A DNA stretch of 64,000 nt from Octopus vulgaris (lineage: Eukaryota). The position numbers and the translations under genes were made by a program. The notes below the pieces were generated by a model. That model did not search any database and was not told the DNA's origin. It saw only the letters and a program-made list of their open reading frames with translations. Positions 1 through 14,159 of the stretch are shown here, piece by piece. The stretch covers positions 140,554,001 through 140,618,000 of the forward strand of contig OX597818.1 of the NCBI GenBank assembly GCA_951406725.2. The letters run 5' to 3'. The stretch's first letter is position 1. Every line of letters begins with the position of its first letter.

Positions 1-279
1 CCTTCTTCTTCTTCTTCTTCTCTTCCTCCTTCTTCTTCTTCTTCTTCTTCTCCTCCTCCTCCTCCTTCTTCTTCTTCTTCTTCTTCTCTTCCTCCTTCTC
101 CTCCTCCTCCTCCTCCTCCTTCTCCTTCCTTCTCCTCATCCTTCTCCTCATCCTCCTCCTCCTCCTCCTTCTTCTTCTTCTTCTTCTTCTTCTTCTTCTT
201 CTTCTTCTTCTTCTTCTTCTTCTTCTTCTTCTTCTTCTTGCCGCTGGTATCTCATCATCATCGTCATCATCATCATCAT
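1..279. repeat. (CTT/CCT)n followed by (CAT)n microsatellite
   Basis: Triplet repeats seen directly; they explain the poly-E/G/M end of ORF 148..924. Confidence 0.95.
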
Positions 280-289
280 TCTTAGAATA

Positions 290-478
290 TCTGGAAGAGT
301 CGTCTGGTGACATTTCTTCCGGATCATTTCTTTCCGAAGTGAAATTCCGCCGAGGTCAATTTTGCTTTTCATTCCATCGGAACTGATAAAATGAAATTCC
401 AGTGGAACATCAGGTTTCATGGTATCGACAAACTCTCTCTCCTTAAAAACTTCAGCCTTTCTACCTAAATCAGTAACC
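290..478 (+). mobile_element. Diverged SINE family C copy
   Basis: gaaattccgccgaggtcaattttgcttttcattccatcgg...gataaaat matches the family C core seen at 20275 and 57045. Confidence 0.7.
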
Positions 479-480
479 AG

Positions 481-561
481 CATCATCGTCATCGTCATCG
501 CCAACGTCATCATCACCTTTATCATCATCATTATCCTCATCGTCGTCGTCAGCTTCATCGA

Positions 562-597
<36 letters not shown>

Positions 598-761
598 TGG
601 TAGTAGTAGTAGGAGGAGGAGGAGTAACTGTAGTAGTAAATGTAGTAGTAGTAACTGTAGTAGTAGTAACTGTAGTAGTAGTAACTGTAGTAGTAGTAGT
701 AGTAGTTGTTGTAGTAGTAGTAGTAACTGTAGTAGTAGTAGTAGTAGTAGTAGTAGTAACT

Positions 762-803
<42 letters not shown>

Positions 804-806
804 ACT

Positions 807-859
<53 letters not shown>

Positions 860-880
860 TGTTGTTGCTGTTGTTGTTGC
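481..880. repeat. Compound (CAT/CGT)n-(CAG)n-(TAG)n-(TTG)n microsatellite
   Basis: Seen directly, with recurring in-frame AACTGT interruptions. Confidence 0.9.
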
Positions 881-1807
881 ACCTGAACAAAAAGAATATA
901 AATGAGTCGTCGAACTCTGATCAAAAGAAAGTCTATGATCTACACACGGCCCTCAAGCTCCAGAAGGTCTGACGGACGAACTTCTTTGAAAATAATAGAT
1001 AAAACGTTCGGAAATTGTCGCTTAGGAAAGGCATGACATAGAATAAATATCGATTACCGGTATTGGAAGATTTCAACAGGGAATCCTGGAACCATTTGCA
1101 TCAAACGTATACTTGACAGATATTTTAGTTTATCGATCTCTTAAGACGGATGAAGAAAGTTGATCACATCGGGATTTGAACTCACAATATAAAACGATAG
1201 AATCACATAGCGCTGAGTATATCTTTCCTGAACGCTATCGGTTTTGCTTATCCACCGTGCACCCAGGCCCTGCAAAATGATTATTAGTTAGCTGTCTAAG
1301 ATAACAAACATCAGTCAGGAGAGTAAAACTTTATACCAAGCAGAAAAACCGATAATGTTATACTATCTATCTTCCAAGTTTAACAGATATGTAGTTATTT
1401 AAGAGTACTGTGATAGTGTAATGCACATATATAGACATCTTGCGGAGGCTGTACGTAGATTTCAGGGTGAGAACATTTCAAGGTTAAGTGAAAATCAGAG
1501 AAACAAGAAACGAGTTTCTAAAAAGAATTGTTACAGATCGAGTTTCAACTACCCGAGTGAGTTAAACATCTAAGCCTCCTACACATGTTACTTACTTTGT
1601 AACATATGTAAAATATATGTATATGAGGGTACACATATTAATACATAATAAAAGTAATGTATATTTAAGGAGAGGTGATTGACAATAAGTTTAATCGCAT
1701 AATGATGTGTGAATAAATGCATACATACATGTATCTATATACGTGTGTGCGTGTGCGTATGTACGTGTGTCTATAAACACATCTTCGTATGCTTACATAT
1801 TTTCACG

Positions 1808-1859
<52 letters not shown>

Positions 1860-1903
1860 TATATATATATACAGAGAGAGAGAAAGAGAAAGAGCGAGAG
1901 TGC

Positions 1904-1951
<48 letters not shown>

Positions 1952-2322
1952 ATGTGTGTATATATATATGTGTGTGTATATGTATATTTAATATGTATAT
2001 ATGTATCATAAATATGTGTATGTGTGTGTGACAGGAAGAGGAGGTTACATAATTCTTGACTGATCTCGTGTTTGATCCTTAAAATTCATAAAGTTAATTT
2101 ATTTTCAATAAAATATTTCTTTAGTTTACTAAGGTCATCTAAGGTCATCTAGAAATACTTGATCTTATTTTATAAATATAGAAATAGAATTCGTTTTATT
2201 AATTGCCATATTTTGTTTTGAGCAGCAAGTGCTCTCGCTGAGTTTTAATTGTTTTCACTTGTACGTTCAAGTCAATTAAAACAAACACCTCGTAACTATT
2301 GCCTCTTTACTTGAGTGAAGTA

Positions 2323-2527
2323 ACTCTCTTTACTCTTTTACTCTTTTACCTGTTCCAGTCATTTGACTGCGGCCATGCTGGAGCACCGCCTTTAGTCGAG
2401 CAAATCGACCCCGGGAATTATTCTTTGTAAGCCCAGTACTTATTCTATCGGTCTCTTTGCCGAACCTCTAAGTGACGGGGACGTAAACACACCAGCATCG
2501 GTTGTCAAGCAATGCTAGGGGGGACAA

Positions 2528-2596
<69 letters not shown>

Positions 2597-2762
2597 TACG
2601 ACAGGCTTCTTTCAGTTTCCGTCTACCAAATCCACTCACAAGGCATTGGTCGGCCCGGGGCTATAGCAGAAGACACTTGCCCAAGATGCCACGCAGTGGG
2701 ACTGAACCCGGAACCATCTGGTTGGTTAGCAAGCTACTTACCACACAGCCACTCCTGCGCCT
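2323..2762 (-). mobile_element. tRNA-derived SINE family A, full length, with internal (CA)n(TA)n
   Basis: The minus strand starts aggcgcaggagtggctgtgtggtaag (A-box-like), has ggttcagtcc (B-box-like) and CORE-like cttgggcaagtgtctt, and ends in (GTAAAAGA)n. Near-identical copies at 49646 and 63333. Confidence 0.9.
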
Positions 2763-3059
2763 GTATGTTAATTTACGGATTGTATTCTCTAATTAATAAA
2801 GTATGTTTTGCTAACCTGATTATATTAGCGTCGATCACTCAGATACATCTAACACAGCATGGTCGACAGAAAGGCCCTTATAGAAGGAAATTACATATAT
2901 ACAAAGTATAGAGGTTAGTTCATAGGTGATCTAAACGATAGGTGCGCTAGGTAAGTGCTGTAACAGATATCTGGGGCTCCAAGGTTATAGCCGAGACAGT
3001 AGCTATGGAGCCATTGCAGATTTCCGATGCAGCGGATATATAATAGTTAAACAGGACGT

Positions 3060-3444
3060 GAAACATTAAGGCAAGGCAAATATCTCAAGTCATATACTAT
3101 ATTATTATAGGAAGAATTTCAAAATCTTACAGCTGTTTCTTGGATATCCTTGGGTATGGGATATTCCGTCATCGGAAACAAATAGGGGAAAAATATAGAA
3201 AATGAGAATGGTATATACCAATGAGATGACAACATATGTTGTTCCATTCCATTTCCTTTTTTTTTTACTCCCTTCCTCTATAATGTCATCTTATTCATAC
3301 ATACCGTTCTCATCTTCTATATCTTTTCCCCTCTGATGACGGAATATCCCATACTCGGGAATATCCCAGAAGCAGCAGTAAGATTTTGAATTTCTTCCTA
3401 TAATATTGTATATGACTCGAGATATCTGCCTTGGCTTAACGTTC
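3060..3444. mobile_element. Fold-back inverted-repeat element with a degenerate hammerhead motif in each arm (PLE-like)
   Basis: About 3060-3230 is the reverse complement of about 3284-3444. CTGATGA at 3333 (+) and GAAACAGCTGTA at 3139-3128 (-). Followed by (TA)n. Confidence 0.75.
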
Positions 3445-3447
3445 GAC

Positions 3448-3485
<38 letters not shown>

Positions 3486-4294
3486 CAGTCTTTGTGGTAA
3501 GACGATTTGACATCTATCCCTAGCGTCTAGGAATCCACTTTAGTGGGCATTCTTCTTATTAATTGTAATATCATTTTTAAATATTCGAATTTTTTTCAAT
3601 ATGTTAGACCACTGTTTTAAATTGATGTTACTTGATTAATATCAATTTCTAACCTCTTTATTTTAATTTATATATATATATATATATACGTATGGTGTAT
3701 GATTTTATGTATGTTGGCAGTATATTACCACAATCATTATGGAGTCGAAGAATAGGTGTTACGGCATTTCTTTCGGATTTACTTTCTGAGTTCAAATCCC
3801 GAGAAAATAAAATATCATAGCTGTAAAAAATTGAGTGAGATTTTTTTTTATATTTCATTGTAACTCATGTCTTGAAGGAAAAGGTATTCTCTCCTGTTAC
3901 AGATAGTTTTACCTCTCCTCTCCATGAAACCTTCCTCTACTATGTTGCATTAAAGTACCTGGTTTATTTCTTTGTACGTCAACCATATCAGCTGACTATT
4001 AGCAACAATCTAACAGAGTGCTCCACGCAAAACATAGATGTAAACACACAAATACTTTAAGACTTGGTCGAAGGTAATTCTCATAAATCTTAGTCAAAAT
4101 AACCTGACGAATTGCACGCCTTCTTCTCAAAGTCACCAAAGGTAACTCACGAGGTGAATCAAGAGTCGCCTTCAAACGCAGAAATTATGAATCAGGGAAG
4201 AACAAACATGTTCATGACCGTAAATGATAATTTCTTCGAAAATCTGACGAGTATTATCTAGAACTCAATGTGTGAGTATGTGTGTGAAGACAGA

Positions 4295-4634
4295 TACTCT
4301 TACTCTTTTACTCTCTTTTTCTTGTTGCCGTCATCTAACTGTGGCCATGCTGGAGCACCACCTTTAGTTGAGCAAATCGACCCCTGGACTTATTCTTTGT
4401 AAGCCTATTACTTATTCTATCGGTCTCTTTTGCTGAACCGTTAAGTTACGGGAACGTAAACACATGAACATCGGTTGCCAAGTGATGGTGGGGGAACAAA
4501 CACAGACACACAAACACACACACATATACGACAGTCTTCTTTCAGCTTCCGTCTACCAAATCCACTCACAAGGCTTTGGTCGGCCCGAGGTTATAGTAGA
4601 AGATATTGCCCAAGGTGCCACGCAGTGGGACTGA
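4295..4634 (-). mobile_element. SINE family A, 5'-truncated
   Basis: Colinear with 2323-2704. Confidence 0.9.
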
Positions 4635-5523
4635 TAAAGCAAAGAATATAGAAAAATGAGTGACAATTCATGATTATTTACTGATAACAGCAGGACTAAA
4701 AATATTATAAATCATCCATGTTATATTCAATATAAAATATGTATTATATTCGATATAAAATAAAATAGTCCAAAACGTCCAGAACAACAGCCTCCAACTT
4801 TTACATTAATGGAAAAGTTGCATACTTGTAGTAATAAAAACAAAACTTATCTAACTCTCAAGGACCAAAGGTTGTTTCTTTTAAATAAATTCATATCTTA
4901 ATGCATTAAGTTGAAAAGCCTAATAATGAAAACAATTTGTGCTGCACGAAGTTTTGTCAGTGAACAGGTCGCGGTCTTAAAGCGACGAAAATATTTTGAC
5001 AAATTAAATTTAAATATTGAAGTGAATCTAACGGTTTTGGCTTATAAACACCTTCCACGCTGCAATTGTTTTCGTTCCAGCACACGATCTCAGATCAAGT
5101 CACTGGCTATGGAAGTACATCTCCATAATTCCTAATAATGAATTATTGATTAAAATAAACGAGGTACAGTCAACAGAATCATTTGTAAAAATTTGAGTTG
5201 AGGACTTGTAACAGCTGTGTCCAAGCTGGATTTCATACTTTTCAAATATTGACATGACATGGCTTTCACCCATTGTAATGTAAATGAGTAGTACTTACGC
5301 TTTCCCTATCATCTGGAATTAAAAAACACTACACTCGGCAAAATTCAATTCTACGCTCAATGAAAACGATATTCCAGTTATACAGCATATGGGACATCGA
5401 TGCTTTTCAGTAATGTATACTTATCACATGTAAGCATGAGGAGGCGCGAAATTCCACAGGAGATTATATATATTGTGTAAAGAGATATTGTATCATTCTT
5501 CCCCCAAAATATAACTAAAGGCT

Positions 5524-5827
5524 GTTGTTGTTTGTTCCTTCTCGAGCCTTGCCTGGCTCATAAGGGCTGGTTTCCCGGTTTCAATGGCGTATAGGTTATC
5601 CACCCAAATGGGACGACGGCCTGTCGCAGGTGAGTTGCTAGATGCAGGAGGAAAGAGTGAGGGATAGTTGTGACGAAAGAGTGAGCAGAGGTTCGTCATT
5701 ACCTTCTGCCGGAGACGCATGGAACTTAGGTGTTTTGTCCATGAATGCACATCGCCCGGTCTGAGATTCGAACCCCCGATCTCTCAACCACGAGTCCGCT
5801 GCTCTAAACACTAGTCCATGTGCCTCA
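5524..5827 (-). mobile_element. tRNA-derived SINE family B, tail type 1
   Basis: Head gaggcacatggactagtgtttagagcagcggactcg...ggttcgaatctcagaccgggcg is homologous to 52428 and 45019; ends in (AAC)n. Confidence 0.85.
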
Positions 5828-6603
5828 ACATAACCAAAGGTACCTTTCCTAAATGTTCAATGTCTGAAACCTAAAAGTAACTGTAACACAAAATTAGTTA
5901 TTTTATTAGACAAAATTTCAGAGAAAAATGACAGAATCCTACCTGACGTTAAAAGAAACTCATCAATACCGAATATTGTGTTCTTAGAAGCTGGCCCTTC
6001 GTCTAGTGCAAATGACCAAATATCGTGCAATACGAAAACTGCAGGCGTTATGCGAGCATGTAGTAGATGATATATTTTTGTTGATTTCTTTAATAGTTGC
6101 GAATAATTATAACCATCTTTTCAGCCATCCCATGCTTATCTTGAGAAAAAATCTCCAGGATACTACTAGCAGAGAGAAAAAGAGAGAGGGGGAGGGAGAG
6201 AGAAAGAGACACAGACAGACAAACAGACGGACGGTCAGATAAAGAGAAAGCTTGACCGAAAGAAAGAGAAGGTGGACGAATGAAAGGCTTTGTTACTTTC
6301 ATTAAAGACCAGAGCCACTTAACAAGTAACAGCTTAGTTATGGGCTCAGTTTAATCAAATAAAAGCCCCGCTCAAAATATTTCGATTTCTACGAATGCCG
6401 AGAAACCATTATATTTATATTTATAATTAATGACAACTAAATTTAGTACATGGATTGTAAGATTAGGGCAAGGTGCAGACGATATAAGCGACGCCATTTC
6501 TTTTTTCGTCTGGAACAGGTTTTATCTTCCACAGAAAGATAAAAATGAGTCACAGTAGTTGCAGTAACAAATTCTACGTATATATATATGTATACACACA
6601 CGT

Positions 6604-6670
<67 letters not shown>

Positions 6671-6894
6671 CATGTGTATATGCGAGTATGTATGTATTGA
6701 TAGCGATATTGATATTTTAAACGCTATGCTATATCCATTACACTAATGTAACTTGACGGTTATTATTTTACATCCGCTACTAGGTCTTCCTCATTTATTA
6801 TATAGATATACATTATGGAAAATAGATAGCTTCCTTTACGGAAACAGTTCTGGGAAAACAAAAGCTCCTTCACCATACATTTACAAATATGCTA

Positions 6895-6925
<31 letters not shown>

Positions 6926-7331
6926 CATAAAAATATATTTACGTTTACATATGCACGAAAATATACAAACTATACCATATACATAATCTCAGTAAAACAT
7001 TTATACATATGTATATACGTACACGTACACACACACATTTATACACACTCACATACACTCACACACAAACGCAAGCACACGTACACACGTTGAAACGCAC
7101 ATCCACATGCATGGCATTCTTTTGCAATTTAAGAAATCTATCAAACAATTCCAACCAAAGTAAATTCGCAGAGATTCTTTTCCCTAAGGGAATCGTTGAT
7201 TCATTGTTTCCTTTTACCGAACGGCTCATTCGTCCTATATGCCCGCAGTATATATGCATTTATACATGCATACATATATATATATATATATATATATACA
7301 TACATACATATATATATACACACATATATAT

Positions 7332-7445
<114 letters not shown>

Positions 7446-7787
7446 TTTTTATGTACGCATATCAGTGTGTGCATACACACACATATATGAATATATGTAT
7501 ATCATACATATGCGTATATAATGTTTGTACATTCCTACATACACGGAAGTACGTGTGATTGTATACAGCGTCGTTCTGTAAATAGATATCTAACGTTCGA
7601 AAATACAAAGAGATTTATAAGGCTTTACCGCTCCCTGATTCTCTCTCAGTCTCTCTCTCTCTCTCCCCCTCTCTTTCTCTCTCTCTTTCTTCTTCATGTC
7701 TCTCATTTTCTCTTTGAGTATATGTATACCTATGCATGTAAAAGTACATTTATGCGCATAGGTCTGTATGTATATGTAACTTTTCAT

Positions 7788-7822
<35 letters not shown>

Positions 7823-7836
7823 TGTGCTTATATATA

Positions 7837-7872
<36 letters not shown>

Positions 7873-8007
7873 CATACATATATATGTATATGTATGTATG
7901 TACGTATGAGTATTTTGCATACATAATATATATATATATCTTTATCTATATCTAACAATCTCTCTATTTATCTATCTATCTATCTATCTCTCTATCTCTC
8001 TATCTAT

Positions 8008-8067
<60 letters not shown>

Positions 8068-8532
8068 CCTGACTCTGACATTGCCTATGGATTTGTGTAG
8101 GGAAAATTTTGAATATGTTTATGTGGTTGCTTTTGAACAAACTTATATATGTTGTTTTTCCTCTCTAAATATAAATGTATTTATATATGTACATTTGTGT
8201 ATAAGTCTTACATAGAAGAATATTGCTATATTTCTTGGGAAAAAGATGAGGAAGTATACGTCCAACGATGCACAGGAGTCATATTTCGTTCCAAGACTAT
8301 AAAATAACCAGGCATCGAGTCACAGATAAATGAATGAATTTCAACCTAGACGAACAGAAGATTGTTTTACTTAATAGTGATATATACTTATGATTAAGCA
8401 AAATTTCGAATCGTCTTTTGTTAAAGCAGTGATCCCCCACTCCAACCTTGGTAAATCACACTTCGCCACGGCTTCCATTGAATGGTTTTCATAAATGCCC
8501 TTTTTAAGTTTTTCTAAAACAACGATAAACAT

Positions 8533-8804
8533 ATTATCATTATTATTATTATTGTTGTTGTTGTTGTTGTTGTTCTTCTTCTTCTTCTTCTTCTTCTTCT
8601 TTCTTCTTCTTCTTCTTCTTCTTCTTCTTTTTCTTCTTCTTCTTCTTCTTCTTCTTCTTCTTCTACTTCTTATTCTTCTTTTTTCTTCTTCTTCTTCTTC
8701 TTCTACTTCTTCAGTTTCTTCATCTTCTCATTATTAGTATTATTAGTGTCTCTGTGTAGCCATATCTAATTCTTTAAAGTAGAAAGGAATATTATTATTA
8801 TTAT
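8533..8804. repeat. (ATT)/(GTT)/(CTT)n microsatellite block
   Basis: Seen directly. Confidence 0.9.
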
Positions 8805-9429
8805 TGTGTGAGAGAGCAGCGCATGTCATCAAAGTGACACTGGGGTAAAATATACGAAGCCCAGTATACCCATCATGACTACCCGTCTGATAAGAGTACA
8901 CTAGGCACATGCATCACAACCATATGTGCGCGACATGGTGATCTCATATCAAGATAAACAGCACATGACCTTGCAGGTGGGGCCCAGTTAGAATTTTGTT
9001 CTGGTCGAGTAGCCCATCCCGCTCAAAAGGTCCCTGAATAAGGATTATTTAAGGATGTTGAATGAAATACCCCTGTTTCCAAAGGTGAATTATTCAAACC
9101 TCAAAGAATCCCTCTCAACACATGTCTATGATGCTCCCCCACTACTTCTGCTCGTGATCAGAGGTGCACATATCGTCAGCCACTAAGGGACATGCTCAAC
9201 TGGTTAAGATCAAACAACTGACAAGCGAGTCTATGGTATTGAGCAGAATATTTGCTGTAGCCCATCTTTTATACCAAGACAAAACAATGTACATGATAAC
9301 ACTTGCAATCAGTTAAGATCAGAAGCCATGAGAGCCACTGCCTGGTACTGCATCAGGGCATTGCTCCCCCACTACTTCTGCTCGTGATTAGAGGTGCACA
9401 TATCGTCAGCCAGTAAGGGACATGCTCAA
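8805..9429. mobile_element. Probable interspersed repeat (possibly a LINE UTR) inserted in (ATT)n, with a terminal 68-bp duplication
   Basis: Higher-GC block sharply bounded by (ATT)n; 9132-9199 is repeated at 9362-9429. Family not identified. Confidence 0.55.
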
Positions 9430-9544
9430 TTATTATTATAATTATTATTATTATTTTTTTTATTTATTTATTTATTTATTTTTTTTTTCTTCTTTCAAAT
9501 TTGCTTTCATTAAGGGACATGCTCAATTATTATTATTATTATTA

Positions 9545-9587
<43 letters not shown>

Positions 9588-9625
9588 CATTATTATTATT
9601 ATTATTTTTATCATTATCATTTTTA

Positions 9626-9674
<49 letters not shown>

Positions 9675-10539
9675 TATTATTATTTCTATTATTATCATTA
9701 TTATTATTACTTCTCGAGATCTTTGCTCACTGTTCTCAGAGTTTATCTGCCTGGATATATGTGCTCTTTGTCTCTCCCAAATAAACGCACCATTTTTTAT
9801 GCAAATATTTATGGATTATACATAAAAAGTTCCCACACATTTGTCGCTGCAGCGCTGATGAGTGTATGAAAGATATGATAATCTGACAATATAATCAGTG
9901 CATTTCTCAAGTTTGGAGGAACATAAAATAAATACTGAAAACATGAGGATATTACTTCGTTTAACTCTTTGCTCCTATGATATTCCTGCTATATCACTCC
10001 TTAGTATAATCCCTGAGTATCAATGATATAAAGTATATTGAAAACTTTAAAACAGATTTTATTACAAGTGTTTATTCATAATGAAAACTTTGTTTATGTT
10101 GTTATGTTAAATTACGTTATGAAGACATACAGGGTAGCTACAGGGTGGAAGTAATGTACACACACCCAGACACATACGCACGCACTCCCACACACATGCA
10201 CACAAACACATTTGTATATATACAAGCTATTAGTTTCATGAAATGCAAAATATAAATATCCACACTACCACACTTGAAACGTACCTCATTATCTCGATTT
10301 GAATATATGTGAGGGTATTTAGAATGCCCAAGCTTATTTCTGCAAATCTACTAAGTAAGCACTGATCATAGTTTAATCAATAAGTGTAGGAGCGAGCTAA
10401 ATGCAGTAAAAATAGTGGAGTTAGTGGGGCCCCATTTAAGCGACCCTTCAGAAATTGTACCTCCTTACCATACTCCCTGGGAGCTCATAGTATGAAATTC
10501 ATTGTCATTACTCCGATTTGGGTGCCAATGCTACGTATT

Positions 10540-11275
10540 TATTTTAAAATGCAGTAAAAATAGGGGGTCAGTGAGGCCCCAATTACACTCTTCATATTGG
10601 GGGCTCCAATTATACTCTTTATATTGGGGCAGCAGCTATTATACTCTTTATATTCCACAGAACGCCTATTAAATATTTTCCTGTATCTGTGAATGGTTGG
10701 AAAGTGTTTGTCTAGGAGAGACAGAAATCTTTTACCAATGTTAGTTTTATAGTAAGGAAAAAAGTGAGAGACAAACCAAACAATTTTCCTTGGCATATTC
10801 TTAGGTTTCTTATTATCCTGATTAACTGCAGAGTGGCTGTGTACTACTTTATCTTTGATACCACTAGATATATCATTAATATTTTAATTATTATTATTAT
10901 TAGAGGGATTATATCTCAATTAATCTTTGAAGCCACTATTGGCTAGGGCCTTGTTAAATCAGGGGGCAACTTTCTCGAAAATTTCTTCGGAAGAAGAGAA
11001 GTTAGACACTCTGTTACTAATATTAGCTATCAGGTTTTTAAATATTACAAAAGGGTGACAAGACTGTTTATGTATATATACGAGTTTATCATTAGGCGTA
11101 TGGAAAGGTTTATACGAGGAGTTTAAATCTAGGGAAACATGTAAATAATCAACTATACGGAAATTAGTAGCTACTGTAAGTTTAATTCCTAATTGATTAA
11201 TGGTAGAAATTAGTTGCTTACTAAATCTATTAAGTGTGTGACCATCACACCTATGAGAAATACTGGTTGCTACGG
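10540..11275 (-). pseudogene. Decayed Penelope-like retroelement: RT C-terminal/thumb and linker region
   Basis: Translations LGIKLTVATNFRIVDYLHVSLDLNSSYKPFHTPNDKLVYIHKQSCHP..SSSEEIFEKVAP and RKIVWF..KTNIGKRFLSLLDKHFP..KIFNR..SCCPNIKSII resemble PLE RT motifs; stops and frameshifts present. Confidence 0.85.
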
Positions 11276-11354
11276 TATAGATAGATGGATAGATAGATAG
11301 ATAGATGTATAGATAGATAGATGTATATGTATTGTATGTATTTATGTATGCATG

Positions 11355-11420
<66 letters not shown>

Positions 11421-11596
11421 CATTCAAGGTATGAAGAACGTAAACAAACAAACGAAGTTTGCTTTACAAGCGTTGAGAGGTCTTAGAAAGTTAAAGAAGT
11501 GATTTTAAATTTTCAAACGCAGGATAAGGCTAATAATATAGCCTGAACAGGATAAGATACGCCTATTTTGCAAAAAATGGGGTTGGCGGTCAACCA

Positions 11597-11663
<67 letters not shown>

Positions 11664-11872
11664 ATTCGAGGAAGTATAACCTCATTAGGCATTATACAAT
11701 CCATGATATTCCACTGGTTAATCTATATCATATAATGCGAAAGTCACTGGTATATGTTACGGATTATTGAAATCATATTATCAATATTGAAGGAAAAGAA
11801 AACAGAGGAAAATGGATGTATGAATAATTTATTAAATATTCATACATCCGGTTATGTCTCCATTTCCTTCAA

Positions 11873-11911
<39 letters not shown>

Positions 11912-11973
11912 CACACGCAAGCACGCACACGCAAGCACTCACACACTCACACATGCACGCACACACACATGCA

Positions 11974-12027
<54 letters not shown>

Positions 12028-13119
12028 AATATATATTGGTAGGAATAAATCTATACATTTATATAGGTTTTCTTTTTCTCATGATTAGACTAATTTTCTT
12101 GAAATTAATTTTCGGGACGTTGGGTAGTAGAAAGTTTGAACCTCGGGTTAAGGGCTTTCTTCATTTAATCGTCTTCCTTCGGAAATAGTTAAGCTCAAAT
12201 TTCACAAAAGTTCACAATGCTTTTCAACCATGGTGAGATTGTATTCCTACAATTGTTGATATGTTTACCTCTGGGTTAAACAACTTGGTGCTGGAAGCCT
12301 TTGATCAAAGGCGTTCTACATTTGTTCATCTCGTTTTTTGACCCCTAATATATCTAGACTTATATTATCCAATATATCATTCGTTCTTTTTAAAAACTGT
12401 ATGCTGTAAGTCGAGGGTAATTTCACTGATGATTCATCTAGTGGTACTCGAAACCACGTGAAGTCTCACATCGCTGATGTATGTATACGTTTTATTGCTG
12501 CACTTTATCTCATAGACTTACTTGGTCGACTACACCAATAACCAAATGGGTCTCAAGCGAATCCCTCACAACGATGACCAAATAAGCTCAATACCTGCTC
12601 CATTGTTTTCTATAAACCACTCCCATTTTCGCTTCTTTACATATGAAACTTCACCCATTTGTAAAAAACGCTTTAGTTACATGACTAACTAATGATATAA
12701 ATTTGCTTTGCAAACTCAACCAAACAGCGTCTGGAATGAAATTCATCGGTACTCTATACTCTTTACTAAATTTTATGTTCTATTTTTATAGTCATCTGAA
12801 GACAGGAATGAAGAAACTCCGGCCAACAATTACGCAATTTTTTCCATTACATTGGATTATACAATACAAAGAGAAATCAATTAACAAAAAAAATAGAAAG
12901 AACTAATTACGAAGAATGTGATATTAGCATAACGCTTAGTATGATTACTTGAAATTAATATTGATTACATTGACATTTCGGAATTTAGTTCATTCTCAAA
13001 AGCAGAAACAGATTATGTAAAGGAGAGAGAGAAAGAGTAAGAGACAGACAGACAGACAGCGACAGAGAGACATACAGAGAAAGAGAGAGATGCTGAGAGG
13101 GAAGGAGAAGGAGATAGAT

Positions 13120-13173
<54 letters not shown>

Positions 13174-13874
13174 GGGGGAGGAAGAAGACAATGTGCTGGC
13201 ATAGAAATGCTTCAAATATTAATTGCGAGAAGGACACAGAGGGAAGATGAAATGTCAAAAGGCAAGGCAAATGCTGTTCTGCGTGTGTGTATAAATGTAT
13301 GCATATATAATTTGGAAGGAAGTAATAATGTATAAAGGGAGGGGTCACTGGGAGCCTTATGTGTAATTATTTGCTTTCCGTGAACATTTTTGATATGTTC
13401 ATGAAAGACAAATGACCACACCCTCCGGCTGAAACCGATAATAGAATAATAATATAAAATGTATGTTGAAAAGACTCGAGTAATTAATTTAAAAAGCAGT
13501 TTGTAATGGCGTTCAACGAAAGCTAACAGCTAATAGCTGCCATAAACTGCGAAAACCAGCAAGTTGGCGTCTATGTGGTTGTTCAGCCTACGGGAAATAG
13601 CAGCCCAGTATCCTTCAGATTTCCTTTCGCGCAATTTAGACAGCAACTTATAAACTGAAGTGATTAGTGTGAAAAATGGCTTACCATCACTAGCGCACCT
13701 GTGGGTAATATTCTCTGGGAACGCAAAATAGCCCTTTCCAGAGTTATTTACTTTGAATTGTTATTACCTCATATCTGATTAGTCTGTTATTACGTAACAT
13801 GCTTCACGATTTTAATATACATACTCATCATCGTCATCATCATCATCATCATCATCATCGTCATCATCATGAGT

Positions 13875-13907
<33 letters not shown>

Positions 13908-14159
13908 TTCATCATCAGCTGCTCCAGCAACAGCAGCAGCAACAACAAAAACAGCAACAACAATAATGAACTGATTCAGTAATTTCTACGAAGTCGCCTG
14001 ACTTGCTAGAAATAGCCGTCACATTTCCTTAAAATCATACTCTGTTGTTTTATTTAAGGAGTGATATATTACGTAATGCATCAAATGATGTACAAAAGCA
14101 AGGATGGTGGAGGATGTAAATTTATTGTTTGTAATCGATCAAAACTGACCTTGGAATAA

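Noticed and set aside
2512-2796. Recurring ORF ..RQASFSFRLPNPLTR.. (also 49582 and 63514)
   Set aside because: Antisense translation of SINE family A, not a gene family.
5299-5312. 14-nt minus-strand micro-exon (ttccag|ATGATAGGGAAAGC|gtaagt)
   Set aside because: Good splice signals, but the length is not a multiple of 3 and the phase needed to join the 882 exon gives a stop; could be chance.
9856-9880. CTGATGAgtgtatGAAA as a hammerhead
   Set aside because: No supportable stem II, stem III or stem I.
13590-14030. Dispersed gaaatagc motif (also ~23580, 32290 reverse, 49015)
   Set aside because: Probably an old repeat remnant, but too short to delimit or classify.
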